64,000 bases of DNA from Trypanosoma brucei (lineage: Eukaryota): the NCBI GenBank assembly GCA_000002445.1, contig CP000069.1, positions 1,088,001-1,152,000 of the forward strand, given 5' to 3'. The position numbers and the translations under genes were made by a program. Numbering within the stretch: the stretch's first letter is position 1; each line of letters begins with the position of its first letter. Below the pieces are notes generated by a model, which was not told the origin of the DNA, did not search any database, and saw only the letters and a list, made by a program, of their open reading frames with translations. Shown in pieces: positions 59,974-64,000 of this stretch.

Positions 59974-61632
59974 TCATTTTGAACCATATATCTCTTTTAA
60001 TTTAGCGCATAACTCATCACCCCATGAACTTCTTTCATATTCTACCGAAGTGGATGCCAGAAGTGATAACTTAATGATGGGCACACCACAGGAAGTACCG
60101 CTGAGGAAACCTCTGCTCAGAGGACAAGATGAGTGATTGTGTCCTCCCATTACTCGTGACTTTGGTGGTTCCTTTCGACTCATTAACCGTCTTTTAGCTT
60201 CTGCTGCAGTCACCTTCGCTTTAGGACTTTTCTCCTCATTCCTCTCACGTGTCGCAACGTATTGAGTAGTAGTTTGCAAATCGGTACCAACAATTTCATT
60301 TTCCTTCACGCATTCGGTTGGTTGTAAAACGATGGGTTCCGCACGGGTTCTCCACCGCAGAGGTGTGTCGCCTCCAACTTGATCACCGCGGCAACAGACG
60401 TTCTGTTTGTGTGATGTCATCCCCAAAGTAGTGAAATCACCATCAGTACACGCCACGTATGGTTTTTCATCCGTATCGAACTTGATTGTTAGTGAGTCAA
60501 TAAAGCGTATTTCATATATTCGCATAGGGAGAGCAGACCGCCATTGTTTCCCTCCCGCTTGAGCGGCAGCAGCCTTCATGATGTGCTGTGTAAGTTTCAT
60601 TGCTGAATTTGGTAAAGGTTCCGGAAGCACTCGAGTGGCGATGCATAGGATTTTCTCCTCCGCGGTGAGAGAGGCAAACTTCCTGTAAGCAAATATACGG
60701 TCGCGCAATACCTCACCATATGTTAGAAAGTCTTGGAACGTCAGATCGGTCTTGCCATCACACGATTCCGTTAGAAAGTCAGATGCCTCACGTTCTGACA
60801 CGCCCGTAGGAGTGCAGAGTAAAAGATGATCGTGCACCACATCCGCATTAATGGAATTGGTCTGGTTGTCAGCAAGTGCATCGAATATCACTCGCACACT
60901 TTCCACATTGTCAGAATTTTTTGACCCCGCCTTCCAATCCTGCCGTGCCGCGGTGAGTTTCATCCTTTCAAATGATTCCATTAACGCACTCATGCCCTCT
61001 ACCCGCAATAAACGAGCACGGTACTGGTGATTTTTGTATCCTGTGGAGTGCTGGATAATGTAACGATCAAGAGGCGACCTTTTAGTGACGCGCCCAGCAC
61101 TTTCCCCCTTACATAAGTAATAATACTTGTTTTTCTTCATGGTCGTAATTAATGGAAGTTGTTCCTTCAGCGCCACCTCCGTGGCGGCACGATTGGTATT
61201 CCACCCAGGTCGCAATTTCCGTGGAGTTTCTCTGCAAACTACAGTTAGTTGGGTTGGAGGAGGAGGCGCTCCATCATCTGCAAGTGTGTACGATCTTGAA
61301 TATGTGCTGCCTGAGTGCGAGGCGTCGGGATATGTATCGGAGGACCGAATCGCCCTATATGTAACAGTGGAATCTGTTGTGGATACGTTGGGCGGTGGTC
61401 CACGAAAGGAAACATTAGAAGTGGCAACTGATATAATACCGTCATGAAAAGTCGGCCACGACTCGTGTATTGTCATTTTTAACCAGTCCACTACTCTAAC
61501 CTTTTCTTTATTTTGCGTTATTTTTTTTGTTGTTGTTGCTTTCAAGGGGAGATGATGGATAGCGTATGATTCTTTTTCCTCCCTGCGTATATTTCGTTTG
61601 TAGTATCTTGCGCGATCAGACGCTGCTGACAA
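59974..61632 (-). CDS. Hypothetical protein (552 aa) with a possible degenerate EF-hand-like pair
   Basis: A long minus-strand ORF. The segments FDALADNQTNSINADVVHDHLL and ESCDGKTDLTFQDFLTYGEVL loosely resemble EF-hand loops. No other motif was recognised. Confidence 0.45.
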   Translation of the reverse strand: MSAASDRARYYKRNIRREEKESYAIHHLPLKATTTKKITQNKEKVRVVDWLKMTIHESWPTFHDGIISVATSNVSFRGPPPNVSTTDSTVTYRAIRSSDTYPDASHSGSTYSRSYTLADDGAPPPPTQLTVVCRETPRKLRPGWNTNRAATEVALKEQLPLITTMKKNKYYYLCKGESAGRVTKRSPLDRYIIQHSTGYKNHQYRARLLRVEGMSALMESFERMKLTAARQDWKAGSKNSDNVESVRVIFDALADNQTNSINADVVHDHLLLCTPTGVSEREASDFLTESCDGKTDLTFQDFLTYGEVLRDRIFAYRKFASLTAEEKILCIATRVLPEPLPNSAMKLTQHIMKAAAAQAGGKQWRSALPMRIYEIRFIDSLTIKFDTDEKPYVACTDGDFTTLGMTSHKQNVCCRGDQVGGDTPLRWRTRAEPIVLQPTECVKENEIVGTDLQTTTQYVATRERNEEKSPKAKVTAAEAKRRLMSRKEPPKSRVMGGHNHSSCPLSRGFLSGTSCGVPIIKLSLLASTSVEYERSSWGDELCAKLKEIYGSK

Positions 61633-62644
61633 CAGGCGCCAACCTCCAGAAAGAATACCACCTGAAATAATGTAAGCACCCCGTATCCTTTCTTCCTGAG
61701 GGGAAAATCAAGCTTTCCGCTAAATGCTGGGAGGTATATTATGAAGCAGAAAAAAACGGTGAGAAGAAACAGCAAAAGCAACCAGGTAGTATCGGCAGTG
61801 TAAACAAAGCGTTACCGAGAAATAAATGTATACGGTGGGATGTTAACTTAGGCACAAATATTAGAGGAGACAAAAGAGGGACAAAAGGGAGAAAAAGAAC
61901 ACACAAGCCAATAACCCACTTCTGAACAGTTAAATCGCAAAATAACACCTCTCCCCACTGGGAGGCATATGTACTTCCCCGCGCGTCTTTGTTAAGGTAG
62001 AGGAAGTCATTTGCCCCACCATTGGTATAATGGAGAATAAATTGAAAGAAAAGAAAGTGAAAAGCAACTAAGCAACAAACATCCCACCCGAAAAACAAAA
62101 GTTCACCATGATTTCACCATCGTATGGTTAATGAGTCATTCCTTCCCAACAACCAACACTCCCTGCCTCCATCCGTCATCTTCCTCATCACCACACGCAA
62201 TCGGCAGGCGCCTTGGTGACGTTGATGTTGATCTTGCTTTCTCTTCGGCGCCAAACGGTAAATAGTCCTGAAGAAAAATAAGCGATCCACCACATCCGCT
62301 AAGCAGTTGCTGCCACAGAACAATCAGTCTTCCAACAACGAGGCATGAACCGAGTAAGAGCTGGGAATGGGCTCGTGGCTAGTGTGCTGGAAGGATGACA
62401 CGCGGTCCGGTAATTCAACGAATGAAACTGTCACATGGTTGATACAATTGCTGCCCCAAGACACATACAAATGAAGTTGTTTTTTTTTTTTAATCACGCG
62501 CAAACTCCATTAGGTAAGCGGCTTTTTCCCCCCACCCTCTCCCATTCTATCCCTTCTGCTATTTTCTCTTTCCATATTCTCCTCCACCCCCATCGCCACC
62601 GTCATTAGTTCTTGCGACGCAGTAGGCGCACGCGTCAGTTCAGA

Positions 62645-63703
62645 TTACACTGAGCATATGAAACTTCCTAATTCAAGAAGCTGCACAAAATCATCACATC
62701 CATCCGACAGACGCTTCTCAATGTCGCATAACTTTAGTGCAATTGATCCACGCTGAGCGGAATTAAGAGGACATGCAGCACTGACAATGTAATCCTGAAG
62801 CTGGGCAAGTATCTGACAAGCGGGGTAACCTTGCTGAACAAGTCGTTTTGTCACACTGCGCACCTCGTCGAAGCTTTTCATCATCAAAGCAGCAAGGTAC
62901 GTTTGCATCATGCTAGCAGGCACGGATCCCGACACTTCCACAAAATCCTCCTTCTGCAAGTCATTTCCATTTGCCCTCTGCGCATACTGAAGGTACATTA
63001 TCGCTAAGCGTAGGTCACCGCCACTCACATGATCCAACGCATCTATAGAAGACCTCGATATTTGGATGTTCTCTCTACTAGCAACTTCACTAATACGCTC
63101 ATATAGGGCCTCTTTTATGAGGGGTTTGAAGCGGTACTTGGCACAACGGCTCGCTATGGGATCGATGATGCGAGTTACGTAGTTACAGAGAATGCAAAAT
63201 CGTGTAACATCACTGAAGTCCTCCATCATACGACGAAGGGCAGCCTGCGCATCGGGTAGTAGGGCATCCGCTTCGTCCAATATGATAACTTTGAAGGGAG
63301 GCACCGGGTAAATCTTTCCGTCGGACTGCACCTTCTGCACAACATTCCCCACAGCCGTTTGTGCAAAGGACTTAACCTTCTCACGTATTACCTGAATACC
63401 ACGGTCGTCACTTGCGTTCAGCTCACGAACGCGACTCTTAATGTAATCGGGTCCAAACAACTCATGCGCGACGGCAAGTATGGCAGTTGTTTTTCCCGTC
63501 CCTGGTGGGCCGTGGAAAAGGAAATGAGGCATACTTGCGCCCTGTCGGAGGGTGGACCGCAACGCCTGCACAACTTCCTCCTGCGACTTGACCTCGTCCA
63601 AAGACTTTGGTCGATACTTCTCAATCCATGGGCGTAAATCAACACTCGGCTCCACACGATGTTTTTTAAGTGGTGGGTCTGGCAACATTTTCAACACCAA
63701 CAA
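62645..63703 (-). CDS. Replication factor C small subunit (RFC2/RFC4-like clamp-loader AAA+ subunit)
   Basis: RFC box II/III PWIEKYRPKSLDEV...QEEVV..L. Walker A HFLFHGPPGTGKTTAILAVAHEL. ELNASDDRGIQVIREKVKSFAQ. Walker B/DEAD KVIILDEADALLPDAQAALRRMME. Sensor-1 region CNYVTRIIDPIASRC followed by AKYRFKPL. This is the full length expected of a small RFC subunit, 352 aa. Confidence 0.85.
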   Translation of the reverse strand: MLVLKMLPDPPLKKHRVEPSVDLRPWIEKYRPKSLDEVKSQEEVVQALRSTLRQGASMPHFLFHGPPGTGKTTAILAVAHELFGPDYIKSRVRELNASDDRGIQVIREKVKSFAQTAVGNVVQKVQSDGKIYPVPPFKVIILDEADALLPDAQAALRRMMEDFSDVTRFCILCNYVTRIIDPIASRCAKYRFKPLIKEALYERISEVASRENIQISRSSIDALDHVSGGDLRLAIMYLQYAQRANGNDLQKEDFVEVSGSVPASMMQTYLAALMMKSFDEVRSVTKRLVQQGYPACQILAQLQDYIVSAACPLNSAQRGSIALKLCDIEKRLSDGCDDFVQLLELGSFICSV

Positions 63704-64000
63704 AACTCAGAAACAAATATACAAGAACGTATATATGTGTATATGAGAAGAAATGTGAATATGTCACCCGTGTATGATACGTATCACTTCTAATCACTCG
63801 CACCCTTTCTTCAAATGAAAGGCTTAACAAAAAAAAAAGTGAGAAAACAGAAGGAGGAAAAGTGCTGGTACTGCAAGTGGTTCACCACTTATACAAATAT
63901 CGGAGAGGTGGCCCAAAGGTCCGCAAAACAGAAACAAAAAAATGGTTCGAACAATACAACAATAAATGCGCGCAAACTGCCGCAAAGTAAACATTAGCAT

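Noticed and set aside
1-64000. Prokaryotic-style features (CRISPR arrays, sigma-70 promoters, rho-independent terminators, IS elements, rRNA/tRNA genes)
   Set aside because: The gene content (RBR E3 ligase, SET/MYND, RFC, PABPN1, CLP1), the intronless unidirectional array and the microsatellite-rich spacers identify eukaryotic kinetoplastid nuclear DNA. No direct-repeat/spacer array, tRNA cloverleaf or rRNA-like conserved block was seen.

Overview
This window reads as nuclear DNA from a kinetoplastid protist, most likely Trypanosoma brucei or a close relative. It is not prokaryotic. Every convincing ORF, roughly 27 genes from position 1 to 63703, lies on the minus strand. They are separated by 0.5-2.5 kb AT-rich or low-complexity spacers that carry simple-sequence repeats. 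This is the signature of one long polycistronic transcription unit processed by trans-splicing and polyadenylation. There are no operons, no bacterial promoters or terminators, no CRISPR, no rRNA and no tRNA. All plus-strand ORFs in the track look like antisense or low-complexity artefacts.

The most striking structure is a mitochondrial-type HSP70 (DnaK-like; 657 aa, presequence [10 protein letters not shown]..., [17 protein letters not shown]) present in three copies with identical proteins. Two copies are in tandem at 24.9-29.4 kb. The third sits 9 kb away at 38.4-40.4 kb with four unrelated genes in between. The three copies differ by only 3 synonymous SNPs and have mosaic flanking homology, which points to gene conversion and segmental duplication.

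Other recognisable genes are:
- an ARF-like GTPase (partial, 1-369)
- a 3222-aa giant protein with an LRR-like N-terminus and repeated beta-sandwich (discoidin/galactose-binding-like) modules
- a CLP1 polynucleotide kinase
- a membrane-anchored PTH2 peptidyl-tRNA hydrolase
- a SET/MYND/TPR protein
- two J-domain proteins
- an Ariadne-type RBR E3 ligase
- a two-ring AAA+ ATPase
- a nucleotidyltransferase-fold (TUTase/ncPAP-like) protein whose catalytic DxD is degenerate
- an ADF-H (coactosin-like) domain protein
- a reticulon-like membrane protein
- a bacterial-type Leu/Phe-tRNA-protein transferase homologue
- a PABPN1-like RRM/RGG protein
- an RFC small subunit

Several further genes have no recognisable domains. 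All functional calls rest on motif recognition by eye and need HMM or BLAST confirmation.
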